In this document: positions 12,630 to 24,221 of the stretch, piece after piece
Numbering within the stretch: position 1 is the stretch's first letter
Layout: every line of letters starts with the position of its first letter
Assembly (NCBI GenBank): GCA_000934665.2
Contig: KZ537992.1
Coordinates: 62,001-126,000, forward strand
Direction: 5' to 3'
Source of the DNA: Catajapyx aquilonaris
Taxonomy: Eukaryota
DNA: 64,000 bases
Notes under the pieces: generated by a model
What the model saw: only the letters and a program-made list of their open reading frames with translations
Told to the model about the DNA's origin: nothing
The model's database searches: none
Made by a program: the position numbers and the translations under genes

Positions 12630-15533
12630 ATGGCGGCTTCAGTGAAGCAGCAGCTCTTCGCTTTGGCTTCTTCTGGAGGCTCCCACAAGGACCAGACGGA
12701 ACGGTGAGCATTCCAGGAAGATGTCGGAAGACGCAGGGATTCGGATGGAACTAGTTGGAACCGGTCGCGGTTTTAAAGAAGGGGTCCAGAAGAGCCTGGA
12801 TTTTTTTTTTTTTTTTGTTTCTTGGCAGGCAGTGTTCCTTTTCGAACATGTTTACACACTTGTCATACACTTGTACTAACTTGTACTAACAGTAAGTACG
12901 CATTGGCCTCAGGACACTAGTAAAAATAATGTATTAAACAATCGTCAGCTTGTGGATCCTGCAAGAGCAAGTGCCAAAGTTACTATCTACCTAAAAGGCG
13001 AAGTTGGTTTGTCCGTGGCAACGGTTGTTTGTTAAACCATGGCAACACTGCCACGGCTACAGGTCACAGCAACAATTGCTTGTTTGTCCATGGCAACTTC
13101 ATTATCTTCATTGCAACAATTGGTTGGCCGGGGCAATGCTTTACCATGGCAACAGATCTTAATGGCAACAATTATTATTGACCATGACTGGGGTTTACCA
13201 TGGCAACAGATCACTGCAACAGTTGCTTGTTTGTCCATGGCAATGCTTTGCCGTGGCAACAGATCTTAATAGCAACAATTATTTGTTTGCCCAGGGCAAC
13301 ATATCATCATAGCAACAATGGCCAGGGCAACAGATCTTCGTTGCAGCAATTGTTTGTCCATGGCAACAGATCATTGCAACAGTTGCTTGTTTGTCCATGG
13401 CAACAGATCTTAATAGCAACAATTATTTGTTTGCCCATGGAAACATATCATCATAGCAACAGATCTTCGTTGCAGCAATTGTTTGTCCATGGAAACAGAT
13501 CATTGCAACAGTTGCTTGTTTGTCCATGGTAACATCTTCATAGCAACAATTGTTTGTCCATGGCAACATATCTTAATAGCAACAATTATTGTCCATGGCA
13601 ACATATCTTCGTAGCAGCAATTGTTTGTCCATTGCAATGCTTTACCATGGCAACAGATCTTAATAGCAACAATAATTGTCCATGGAAACATCTTAATAGC
13701 AACAATTATTGTCCATGGCAATGCATTACCATGGCAACGTATCTTCATAGCAACAATTATTGTCCATGGCAACAGATCTTCATAGCAACACGTTTGTTTG
13801 CCGATGGCAACAGATCTTCGTGGCAGCAATTGTTTTGTCCATGGCAATGCTTTACCATGGCAACATGTTACTATGGCATCAAAAAGTAGTGTATTGTTCT
13901 TCATTAAATGACCATGGAAACAGGCCGTCGCCAATTATGAGCTACACTGCTAGTAAAAATTAATATGACTGAAGGCGCTGTATGGTCACAACCTCGCAAG
14001 GCGTTCCCGCCGTAATTCCTGCTTAATTAGCGTGATGGGCGGTAGAGTGTGGCTTATGCACGTTGCGATCTTTTCAGGTACCGGGCCATTCTGGAAGACA
14101 TCATATTGTCGCCTGAGCCTGAACTGATTGAAGGACTGAAGGCTTTCATCGAAGCCAGTAAGTTCGGCACTTTCGAAGCGATTGCGGCATTTTCGGCCGA
14201 GTCGGGGAGGTTAAATCGCACCTGTTGCTTTGCAGTTGTGAACGAGAACGTGAGCTTGGTGATATCGCGACAGATCCTGACTGACGTGAGCACACACCTG
14301 GGGAAGCTTACGGACGACGTGTCCAAGAATGTGTCCCACTTCACCCTGGACAAGGTGCAGCCAAGGGTGATCTCATTCGAGGAGCAGGTGGCTGGAATCA
14401 GGCAGCATCTGGCGGACATATACGAGAGGGAGCAGGCCTGGAGGGAAGCCGCAAACGTACTCGTTGGAATCCCACTTGAAACTGGACAAAAGTCAGTCAC
14501 CAATTTATTAGCGATTAGAAGCAGATTCATTGCTCTTTTGATCCGCAGGCAGTACACAGTCGAGTACAAGCTTGAGACCTACCTGAAGATAGCCCGTCTC
14601 TACCTGGAAGACGATGATCCGGTTCAAGCTGAGGCTTTCATCAATCGCGCCTCGTTGTTGCAGGTCAGTTGCTCACATCGTGCGACATTGGTAATGCCAA
14701 CACGGATTTCCTTTAGGCCGAATCCAAGAGCGAGCAGCTGCAGATCTACTACAAGGTGTGCTATGCACGTGTTCTGGACTACCGCCGGAAGTTCATCGAA
14801 GCTGCCCAGCGCTACAATGAGCTGTCGTATCGAAACATAATCCACGAGGACGAGAGGATGACAGCCCTGCGTAACGCCCTCATTTGCACTGTTCTTGCGT
14901 CTGCAGGCCAGCAGAGGAGCCGTATGCTCGGAACGCTCTTCAAGGACGAGAGGCTAGTAACTTCTTCCGTATTATTCGCTTCATTTTCACAACAATATTT
15001 TAATGCAGGTGCCAGCAGCTTCCGGCCTACTCGATCCTGGAGAAGATGTACCTAGACAGGATCATCCGCAGATCCGAGCTGCACGAGTTCGAAGCAATGC
15101 TGCAGCCGCATCAGAAGGCCACCACGACTGACGGGTGTTACAGGTCGACTATTCTGGATCGTGCGGTGATCGAGCACAACCTTCTGTCCGCCAGCAAGCT
15201 CTACAACAACATAACCTTCGAGGAGCTTGGCGCCCTATTGGAGATCCCGCCTTCGAAGGCTGAGAAGATCGCCAGCCAGATGATCACAGAGGGCAGGATG
15301 GACGGTTACATAGACCAAATCGATTCCATCGTGCACTTTAAGAGTGAGTCGTTTTTATTCACTTCGCAAATGGTTATAATTGGCTGTTATTATTTACAGC
15401 CCGTGAAGTCCTCCCGTCGTGGGACATGCAGATCCAGTCGCTATGTTTCCAAGTGAATCAGATCATCGAGAAGATCTCGGGAACTGCAATGGACTGGATG
15501 TGCAAGGCAATGGAAGAGCAGATGGTTCACTAG
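12630..15533 (+). CDS. COPS4: COP9 signalosome subunit 4 (PCI domain)
   Basis: [79 protein letters not shown]. Exons approx 12630-12703, 14079-14157, 14236-14491, 14549-14663, 14718-14952, 15009-15343, 15400-15533. Confidence 0.96.
12986..13953 (+). mobile_element. Non-autonomous Helitron-like element with an internal CCATGGCAAC minisatellite (COPS4 intron 1)
   Basis: A|TC at the 5' end (tatctacctaaaaggcgaagttggtttgtcc) and CTAG|T at the 3' end; no TSD; dozens of ccatggcaac/atagcaac units; related element at 63386-63986. Confidence 0.65.
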
Positions 15534-17109
15534 ACTCTGTAACGCTGAGTTGTTGTTTTTTTTTCTACTCGTTTTCATTAACTAAAAGCAGATTGTGAAC
15601 AATTGCGAGATTTTTTTTCTTGATTGCCAAACATCGACCGAATGGTATTGTTTCAACAAGTCGATGCTCACTATTTTCCAGTCCGCAGAGTACGATCTCA
15701 GCACATTACGAGCGGTTTTCTTTTGTTACATGCAAAAAAAAAAAGGCTTCGATGAAAAATAGCACGTAAAGTTTGCAACTTTCAAACACCCTTTATTTGG
15801 TAAATAACCACTGAATACTGAACACTGAATGTAAATACTGGAGGGGAAAAAAAAATGGATTTCAATCTCAAATGCACAATTTTCTTTTTATTACTCGTAA
15901 ATCTACCTTTCCAACGAAATGAATCGCATACTAAAAAAAAATTTGACGGGAAAGAAACAGGCTCAACTTTGCTTGCAAGTGAAACGTTTAATGCACATTC
16001 TAACAGTACGGGGCTGGATAAATGTTTTCTTTTTAAACTGTTTTGTTTTTAAAGACGTGTGAGGATCGCTCCCTCGCAATCCATGCGATGCAACGTTCTT
16101 TTCACTTTTTTACGTGATGAGATTTATTTTTCTTTTGAAACTATTACATGGTTGGCAGAGGACTGTGCTTTACTTTACATTTTCCAACCATTTGTTTTTC
16201 TTCTTAAAATTCACTACTAACAGGTGGCCAGTAGCTTCGCTCTCGCCACTGACCGTTTATCCAAGAAAGTAGGAGAAGGGAAACTGTGGGGGGAAATACT
16301 TTCGCACTACTCAACAATTCAACAATTCGCAGAGGACTGTACATGTTTTTTTTAGGGATAGATTTTAGCAGGTAGAGGAAGATTCGGTAGCCGATTTTCA
16401 AAAAAAAAGTGTCGCCAAATTTGCAGCTCTAATCCTTTATTACCAATTCATTCCTTGCAAAAGAAAGAAAAAAGAAATTCACTCTCCCTTTTAAAAAAAA
16501 TTAGCACTCCTGAATAGCATCATACGCCTCCCCCTCCAAAAAAAATATCGCCATGCACTACCATAAATAAAGCGGGGGGGGGCATCCTGTATAATTATCA
16601 CCACCTTGTTGGCTTCGTAAAGACACTGCGACTTGCAAGCGAACGCCGCACCGGGAAAGACCGGGAAAAAAAATCCGCTTGCAAATCGCCCGCCTTTTCC
16701 GCCAGGCACGAAGAAAAAAATCGACTTCACCGGACGTAACTTCGCAAGTGCCCAACACGGTAGCAGTAAATCGCACAAAATGGTTCGAGCACTTCCGAAA
16801 TCTGTCCGATGCAAAAAAAAAATAAATCATACAGAAAATCAGTGATAAAAAATTTATGTAAATGAACTTTTCTAAAAAAAATGCTGCGTTGCACATGATT
16901 ATTACTCTTAGTTGTGTAGGGGGGGCAATAATTTCTATTTTGTAATCGATCTTCCTCCATCTTTCGTTTTTTTAGCTTTGAGGTTTAGGGGAAAGGGGGA
17001 AAAGGATTTGTTTTTTTTCTTCAATCTTCCGGGGAGAGTTAAAATTTTAATCCGCCTTCCCCCCTTTTTTTTCTCTCTCTCGCATCAACCTTCGATTCCC
17101 ATTTTTTCT

Positions 17110-19916
17110 TTACGCTTCGAGGTCAAGCGCAATGCCGACCTTGTGGCCTCCCTGGTTGAAGTTCTTGCCGTCGATCATTGCGCACAGGGTCAGGGTCACA
17201 CCTGTTGGGGGGGAAACGGGACAGATTGAGCTACGTACAAATGGTCTCATGATGTAAAATTTTTAAGTGTATGACTCGAGCGATGTGGAGAAAAAGGCAC
17301 TGGTTAAGCCAACTCCACTGACGTGTGAGTCACACTTTAATCTGGCCCCCCTGTGATCCGGTCGTCGTCACATGCACGACAACGACCGTGCCTAGGCAAG
17401 GCCTCGACTTGAAAGAATCTACAAACGAAAGACGAGTTAGGAACTTACCATCGTGCAGCTTCTGCTGGTAGCTGAGCCCGACCTGGCTCGAGTTATTGAC
17501 CTTTGCTCTGACGGAGGCCTCGGGACTCAGGCTGTACTTGCAGCCGATGCCGAATTTGGTGGCGTTAGAGCCGGCAGTCCACGCCAGCTGTATTCCGGTG
17601 TCCAGCTTCTCGTTAACGCGCTGGTAGATGGACCCGCCGTATTCCTGGCCGTCGTTAACGTTGGTATGCAGGACGAACTCTCCTAGAAACGGCAAAGTCG
17701 GTCAAAGTTCACGCTTTGGCAGGGGGACGTACGACAGCGGAACTAACCTGCCGAGTATCCCAGCCCGAAATTGTTGCGGGTGATCTTGGATTTGGAGGTG
17801 TCGAAGCTGGCCTGGTAGCCCGCCAGCCAGCCGTTGTAGCCGACTACGCTGGCCCCGTGCACGACTGGTCCCTCGCCCACCAGGTCGATGTCGCAGTTGA
17901 CGGAAACTGACTCGTGCTTGAACTCCGACTTCACGCGGCCTGACTTCTGGCTGTGGATCGCGAGCAATACAGAGAGTCATGGCGTGCAACCCAGGGGAAA
18001 CTTCTCGGGGGGAAAAAAAACCGACCTGAAGCCTAGGAACGAGAAGCCGTCCTCTTCAGTCCTGCGCAATGTTTACATACATCTCATTTTTCGCAGCTAA
18101 TCTGGTGGGGGGGGAACTATTGCATCTATTTTCATTAAGTAAAAAAATTGCACAATGTTTGTCACCTAGACGTGACGTCCTCGCACGGGCTTTCATAAAA
18201 ACACCAGCCCAATTTTTTAAAGTGGGACTTTAAAAACCAGCTATAATTCTGATTGAAGCTAAAGACGCTACGAGCACGTTCATGCTAAAACCTATGAAAG
18301 ATCGGCGATACTGCTCGACACACTTGCCGGTTGGAAGCGCAATGTTGACCTGCACGTGACTGACGCCTCTTTCCATTGCACCACTCATTGTGTCAAGCAA
18401 TATTCCGACAAGCAAAAGTCGCAAAAACTTTCCCATGCTTAAAGAGCCAACGTCCACTCCATTCAACTTCTGTCGGGCATTTAAAAAATCTGGATTCTGA
18501 GCACTGAGAGGAGAAAGTCGGACTAACGCATCATTCGACGGGTTCTAAGACTGTGAATGGACATTGTTGCTGACGACTCTAATTAAAACCTGCACCGACT
18601 GCATTAGCAATGAGATGAACCTGAGAAATCCTCCATCGTACCCACTCGTTCCTTGGCATTTTTTTTTTGTGTAGCCATCAAAAGCGCACGCCACTCATCA
18701 CATTTAGCTACGAGACTAATATTGAGGAAGAAGAAAGTTTGGCCTCGGAAAAAAAAATGCGGCGTGAACAGGAACCTCGGAGGTTAAGGAGTTTATGGGG
18801 GGGTTTCTTAGGTTCGAAAAACTACAGGGAAGTAACACTGAGCAAGCAAGGACATGCGATTTAACAAATTACTTGCGCTAAGGACATGCTCATGCATAAT
18901 AATCCAACGTTCAGAACACATTAATGAAAAATGTGGGATTTAAGCGATACGGTAAGTCGCAAGCGTTGAAGGCAACTAAACCGTTGACGTGTGCAAATCC
19001 CACTTTAATCTAGGCCTGCCGTGATCCAGACGGTGCCTCTCTATTTGGGGGCAAAACCGTCTGTGCCTTGGCGGGCCAAACTGTGCCACATTTTGTTCTC
19101 AAGCAACGGTGGCAACGACAAGGTGCAACATTTTGTACATGCAATTATTTTAAGCATAAGCAGGGGGGGGGGTGTTTTCTGGAAAATTTTTACCCTGAAT
19201 GTGGGGCAAATGTGGTGTCAAACGAGACCTTGACACCTTTGGCCAAGGTGTCCTGCAAAGCGATCTCGGTGCACAGGAGGTTGTCGGTGTTCCACTTCTC
19301 GGTCAAGGTCACACCTGCGGGAGGGGGGGGGGGAAAAAAGTCGCAAATGGTCATCGCATGTACCAGACGTTCAATGCTGGTTGCACACGCAAAGTCCGGT
19401 GATGATCACACTATAGAAAAATGTACACAAAAAGTCATGTTTGTACATGACCTAATATTGAAACTGGTCAACAGCATGTGATTGCTCCAAAAAAAAATAT
19501 TTACAAAAAGCTTATCAGTCATCTAATCAGAAGCTTGATTAGCATGTGGCAACGACCCCCTCAAATGAGTCGTAAACAGCATGATGAAAACTTCTATTTA
19601 CTTGCAAGTACTCACATGACTATGAGCGTACGGATTTTTGCAAAAGGGGTCGGACTCCTTGATGCCAATTGTGTACAAGTAAAATTAATTTTAGATTAAA
19701 CGGCGGGGCCAACTCACCGTAGTCCTTGAGCTTGTATTTGGTCTCGAGGCTTCCGTGAATATTCCCAGTGTCCATGCAGCTGCTACCTCCGGCGGTGAAC
19801 TCGACTCCGCCTGAAGTCTTGGTCTTGCACTCGAGCTTGAGGAGCCCGAAGTGGTAGCCCTTGTTGAACACATCTCGACATGACTTGCCCAAGTCGGAGT
19901 ACAGAGGGGGACCCAT
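17110..19916 (-). CDS. VDAC: Voltage-dependent anion channel (mitochondrial porin)
   Basis: [88 protein letters not shown]. Exons approx 19916-19718, 19314-19194, 17951-17749, 17682-17449, 17202-17110. Confidence 0.96.
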
Positions 19917-21701
19917 GGCCTGCAGCAGTCGAGAGAGAAAAATAATCAAGGTCAAGGGTCAGATTCAATCCGATACGTTCAGATTAAGGGGAAGTGTGGA
20001 GGGGAAGGCAGTGGACTATTGATTAGTACTGTGGTTTTCTTTCCTTCTCCCTACCACCCACAATATGCAATTCAAATATCGGGTTACATCATTTCACAAG
20101 GTGAGTCAGCCTGTTCCTCCAAGTTCAATAGGTACGGATCAGCGACATCAGGTGCTACAAAATGAACCTAAATATAGGACACCTTCACACAGTCGCTACG
20201 GAATCCTTCATACATATTCATGACATGTGAACATGTTGATAAAATTTAAACAACTGAATTTTACGACTGCGCTCGGTTAATGTCGAGAGTTCAACGTTAA
20301 TGTTGAGTAATCAACGTTGGGGATGGAGTTGCAGGAAAAGAGGTTACCTGATCCGCCATGGCTTCAATGCGTGTGGAAGCAAAGGTTATGGGAATCCACT
20401 AGGAGAGGTAGTTGAGGTGTGAAGGAATTTTTTTTGATCTGGAAATCACAACAATTGGATTAGGGGGGGGATAACGGGATGGAAATCATACGACTTCCGC
20501 CAAACAAAAATTCAGTAAACCATTTTTGCTTACTTAAAGATCGAAATATATGTTCCAGAGAGTGTGACTTTCACTGGCAGACAGAGAAAACCATGGTAAC
20601 AGCCATTGTCAATGGAAATCCAATAATCAATAACAGCATCGTGGAAATAGCTAAAGTTCTTCACATCACCCGTGTTTTTTTCTAATACGAAAAGCTTGGA
20701 TAATTAAGATAATCCACACATTTACAATAAACATTTCCGATCGATTGATTATTTAAAATCCTAACCCTTCTTTGTTCAGTCATAACCTGCAATGGTGCAT
20801 CATAGTCTTAGGCTTAACGATGAGTTGACCTGAAGATAATGGTGCTAACGAATTCACACTTAGGCGTGACCCAGCAACGAAATGAATAACCTTGAGGCTA
20901 CAAAATGACGTTCACTTCATGTACAAGCACAATCTTTCCTAAGCCGAATGTTGCAGTCGTAAAACCGTAAGGAGTGTCGATAAGACCCCCCGGAAAAGAT
21001 TTCCCCATTTTTCATCACATCGCAATCAAATTCGCAATGTTCAAACCTGCGCTGTCATGGTTTACACAGATGACTAATTTTTTTCATTATTATTGAGAAA
21101 TTACCGGCATTGCAGATCATGGCTAAATCTCGCTGGTATCTTGTACAAGTTCAATTCTTATGTCTGCAGCGTAAATACGGTTGCTGTCCTTTCATGGCAG
21201 ATGGCTTTTTATTTCCTCTCCGTAAGAGTCATTTGGCCTCAATTAATTTCACTTGCATTTCTGCTAAATAGAAACAACTGTTCGCCCGTTTACGAGCAAG
21301 ACAAATTGTGCAATTTTTTTGTCGCCAGATCCGACGCCTTTCAGAGAATATACCGGAAGCTCCAGTGTTTTTTATAACTGTTTTTCATGATTCATAAACA
21401 TATATTAAATCATTGTAATCACCTTAATATAAAATGGACTGCATTTTTATACATCAGACGACTATTTTGCATTCATGACTCAAAGGAAAAGCAACATCAT
21501 TTCTTAGCTTCTTGTCACAAAATTTAAAGACTTTCCGGGTTATGCTTTGCAGTGATTTTCAATCATATTAATTACAATTATTTTCGGAGCTTGCTGTTCA
21601 CATCCATACAAGTGTTATGCCGAATGAACATTTTAAAATTGATTGATTTTAGTTTTACACTGATTTTTTGGCCTAGTAGCGCACCAACACATGACAAAGT
21701 A

Positions 21702-22223
21702 CAGTAGAATTCCGATTATCCGTCATCCACGGGAATGAGGCATTGTTGGATAACAGAAAAGGTCGGATAATCCGAGGAGCAAAGGAAAACGCAACAAAAA
21801 GCATTTAAAATATCATGAAATAATGTATAATATTATGGTTTTTTAAGAAATAGTGAAGTATTTATCTTTATCGTTAAAGTATTTATCGTCAAAGGAGTAA
21901 AGCAGTTTGTATTGCCTTAGTTAAATTTTAAACAGAGAAGTGTGTACATGAAGGTGCGTTTACATGTGAACGATTAGACGAGCGACATCGTTACCGAGAC
22001 TGAAATTAATAATTATATTCGCCTCAAACAATATTGGCTACTTGGGTTACTCACCCTAAGCGCTCGTTAAATCGATCACGTGTAAACGCACCTTCATGTA
22101 CACACTTTTCTGTTTACAAATTGAACTAAGGCAATACAAATGATTAGTAAGCCTGCTTTACAGTTGATGAGAAATTATATATTTATTTCTGGAGCTGGAT
22201 GTCGAATAAATCGGGTTTTACTG
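21702..22223. mobile_element. pogo/Tigger-like MITE containing an internal fold-back and a Harbinger-type MITE
   Basis: TA-CAGTAGAATTCCGATTATCCG ... ATCGGGTTTTACTG-TA; inner element AGGTGCGTTTACATG..CGTGTAAACGCACCT at ~21952-22093. Confidence 0.7.
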
Positions 22224-22859
22224 TAGATGGTTTTAAGGCCTTATATGTACTAGTGAGTGTAACACCTGCGATTAAACTGCGGTGTCCGGAATAATATTGT
22301 TCTGATAGCAAGCCTGTGTGAGAAAATCCCTGATTAAATACTGTGCTATTGCTGTAGGCCTACAGTAAAAATTTACCTCTTAATTTTTATAGCCAAATCC
22401 GGCCCAAAATTTGTGGACGTGTCCTTATCGGAACCGGTTTTTACTTCAACTGGACCCCCGTCCTCCCTTGCATTCCAAATGCTCAACCCCACCACCCATT
22501 AAAAGATTCATGTGCACTTCCCCATGACGAATGCACACCCTCCCCCCAACCATCAGACCCACCGAAGCAAGAAGTTCGTTGCACCCCACCCAGGGGCCGC
22601 CCCCGTGTCCTACAAAAACTTGAAAGCCCCCTGGAAGTCCCAAATTAAAAGCGGAGGGAATGGGAGGGCGTCGTCCCCCAACCCTTACCATCGCTAAATC
22701 TGGTGGATTGTTTCTGGCCCGATTCCAGAGATCTAGGGCCGGGTTCAGAAACGTTCGTTTTCACACACGACAAAAAGAAGAACCCCATCCTCCCCCGATA
22801 AACGCATGTCCTTTTTTCAGGAACTAAATAACACAGGCTTAGTAGGGGGGATACTCACT

Positions 22860-23075
22860 CTTTAAAGCTGCGAGGAAAGCAGGAAAAGGAAATCGAAATT
22901 CCCCTTTGGAACAACGAGGCGACCAGAGAGAGAGAGAGAGAGAGGAAAAGAGTCTCCCCTTCTTCTTTTTTCTTTTCTTTTCTTTTTTTTTTTTTTAAGC
23001 TCCACTTGAGAGGTTGGCCGAGTGGACGCTGAGGGGAAGCAGGCGCTGGTGTGCATCGATTGATGCGGGAGAGGA
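22860..23075 (-). promoter_or_regulatory. Probable non-coding first exon and promoter of VDAC
   Basis: Minus-strand GTGAGT donor at ~22859; pyrimidine-rich leader; ATCGAT (DRE core) at ~23056; GC-rich. Confidence 0.5.
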
Positions 23076-23154
23076 AGCGGAAGTCAAACACTGGCGACAT
23101 CTGGGCGGGGGTAACGGAGAATCACGCTTCATTCATGCCGCATATTCAAATGTC

Positions 23155-23690
23155 GGTTGGCAACATTGGAGCTCGGGTGGGGGGGGGGGTGGCTGGATGT
23201 TGGCAGCATTGGGTAGTGACTGGATGTTGGCAACATTGGGGTCTTGACTGGTGTTGGCTACATTGCAACACTGGGTGGTGACTCGTGTTGGCAACACTGG
23301 TTAGTGACTCGTGTTGGCAACATTGGGTTGTGAGTGGTGTTGGCAACACTGGTTAGTGAGTGGTGTTGGCAACTCTGGGTGGTGACTCGTGTTGGCAACA
23401 CTGGGTGGTGACTCGTGTTGGCAACACTGGTTAGTGACTCGTGTTGGCAACACTGGTTAGTGACTCGTGTTGGCAACACTGGTTAGTGAGTGGTGTTGGC
23501 AACACTGGTTAGTGAGTGGTGTTGGCAACACTGGTTAGTGACTCGTGTTGGCAACACTGGTTAGTGAGTGGTGTTGGCAACACTGGTTAGTGAGTGGTGT
23601 TGGCAACACTGGTTAGTGACTCGTGTTGGCAACACTGGTTAGTGACTCGTGTTGGCAACAATGGGTAGTGACTCGTGTTGGCAACATTGA
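23155..23690. repeat. 26-bp tandem array, ~20 copies of GTGTTGGCAACACTGGTTAGTGA(CTC/GTG)
   Basis: gttggcaac recurs every 26 bp (23287, 23313, ... 23677). Confidence 0.95.
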
Positions 23691-24221
23691 ATAGAACTGG
23701 AGTGCACTGCACCAATAGACGTCGTTGGATTTAAGCGAGTTTAGTTCGTCAGATGGCAGTGCGATCTGGGATTAGTGTGAATCAATATTAGAAAAACACT
23801 TATGATGATCTCATTTATTAATTATTTATTAGAATGAATTGTAACACACTTGCTACACATACTGAAAACTACGGGTATATGACCTCTTCATTCGCATCAC
23901 ATTAAAAAAAAAAAAAAGTGCATGAATGAGCACTGACAGCATGAATGACCCCCAAAAAATGTACCAATTTTAGTATGTGCCGTTGGGTGCCGTACAGCAC
24001 AAAAATATGTAAATCCGTAACAAATTGCAATTGAACAATGTTACTGAAGAAATATTGCCTCGCAGGTTCTGTCATATACGGTAATGCTGGACAAGAAATT
24101 ATTATAATGGTTAATTCACAATCATACAAATAAAAGGCTTTGCAATTGTTTGCTATTTTTTTGTAATTTCATGAAGTGATTAGACGGATTAGACCTTCTT
24201 TCCCCCTCTTCTCATGAACGC

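Noticed and set aside
18338..18478. H/ACA snoRNA in a VDAC intron (minus strand)
   Set aside because: Two hairpins and an ACA are present but there is no canonical ANANNA H box
23155..23690. CRISPR-like array
   Set aside because: Contiguous 26-bp units with no unique spacers, no cas genes, and a eukaryotic context
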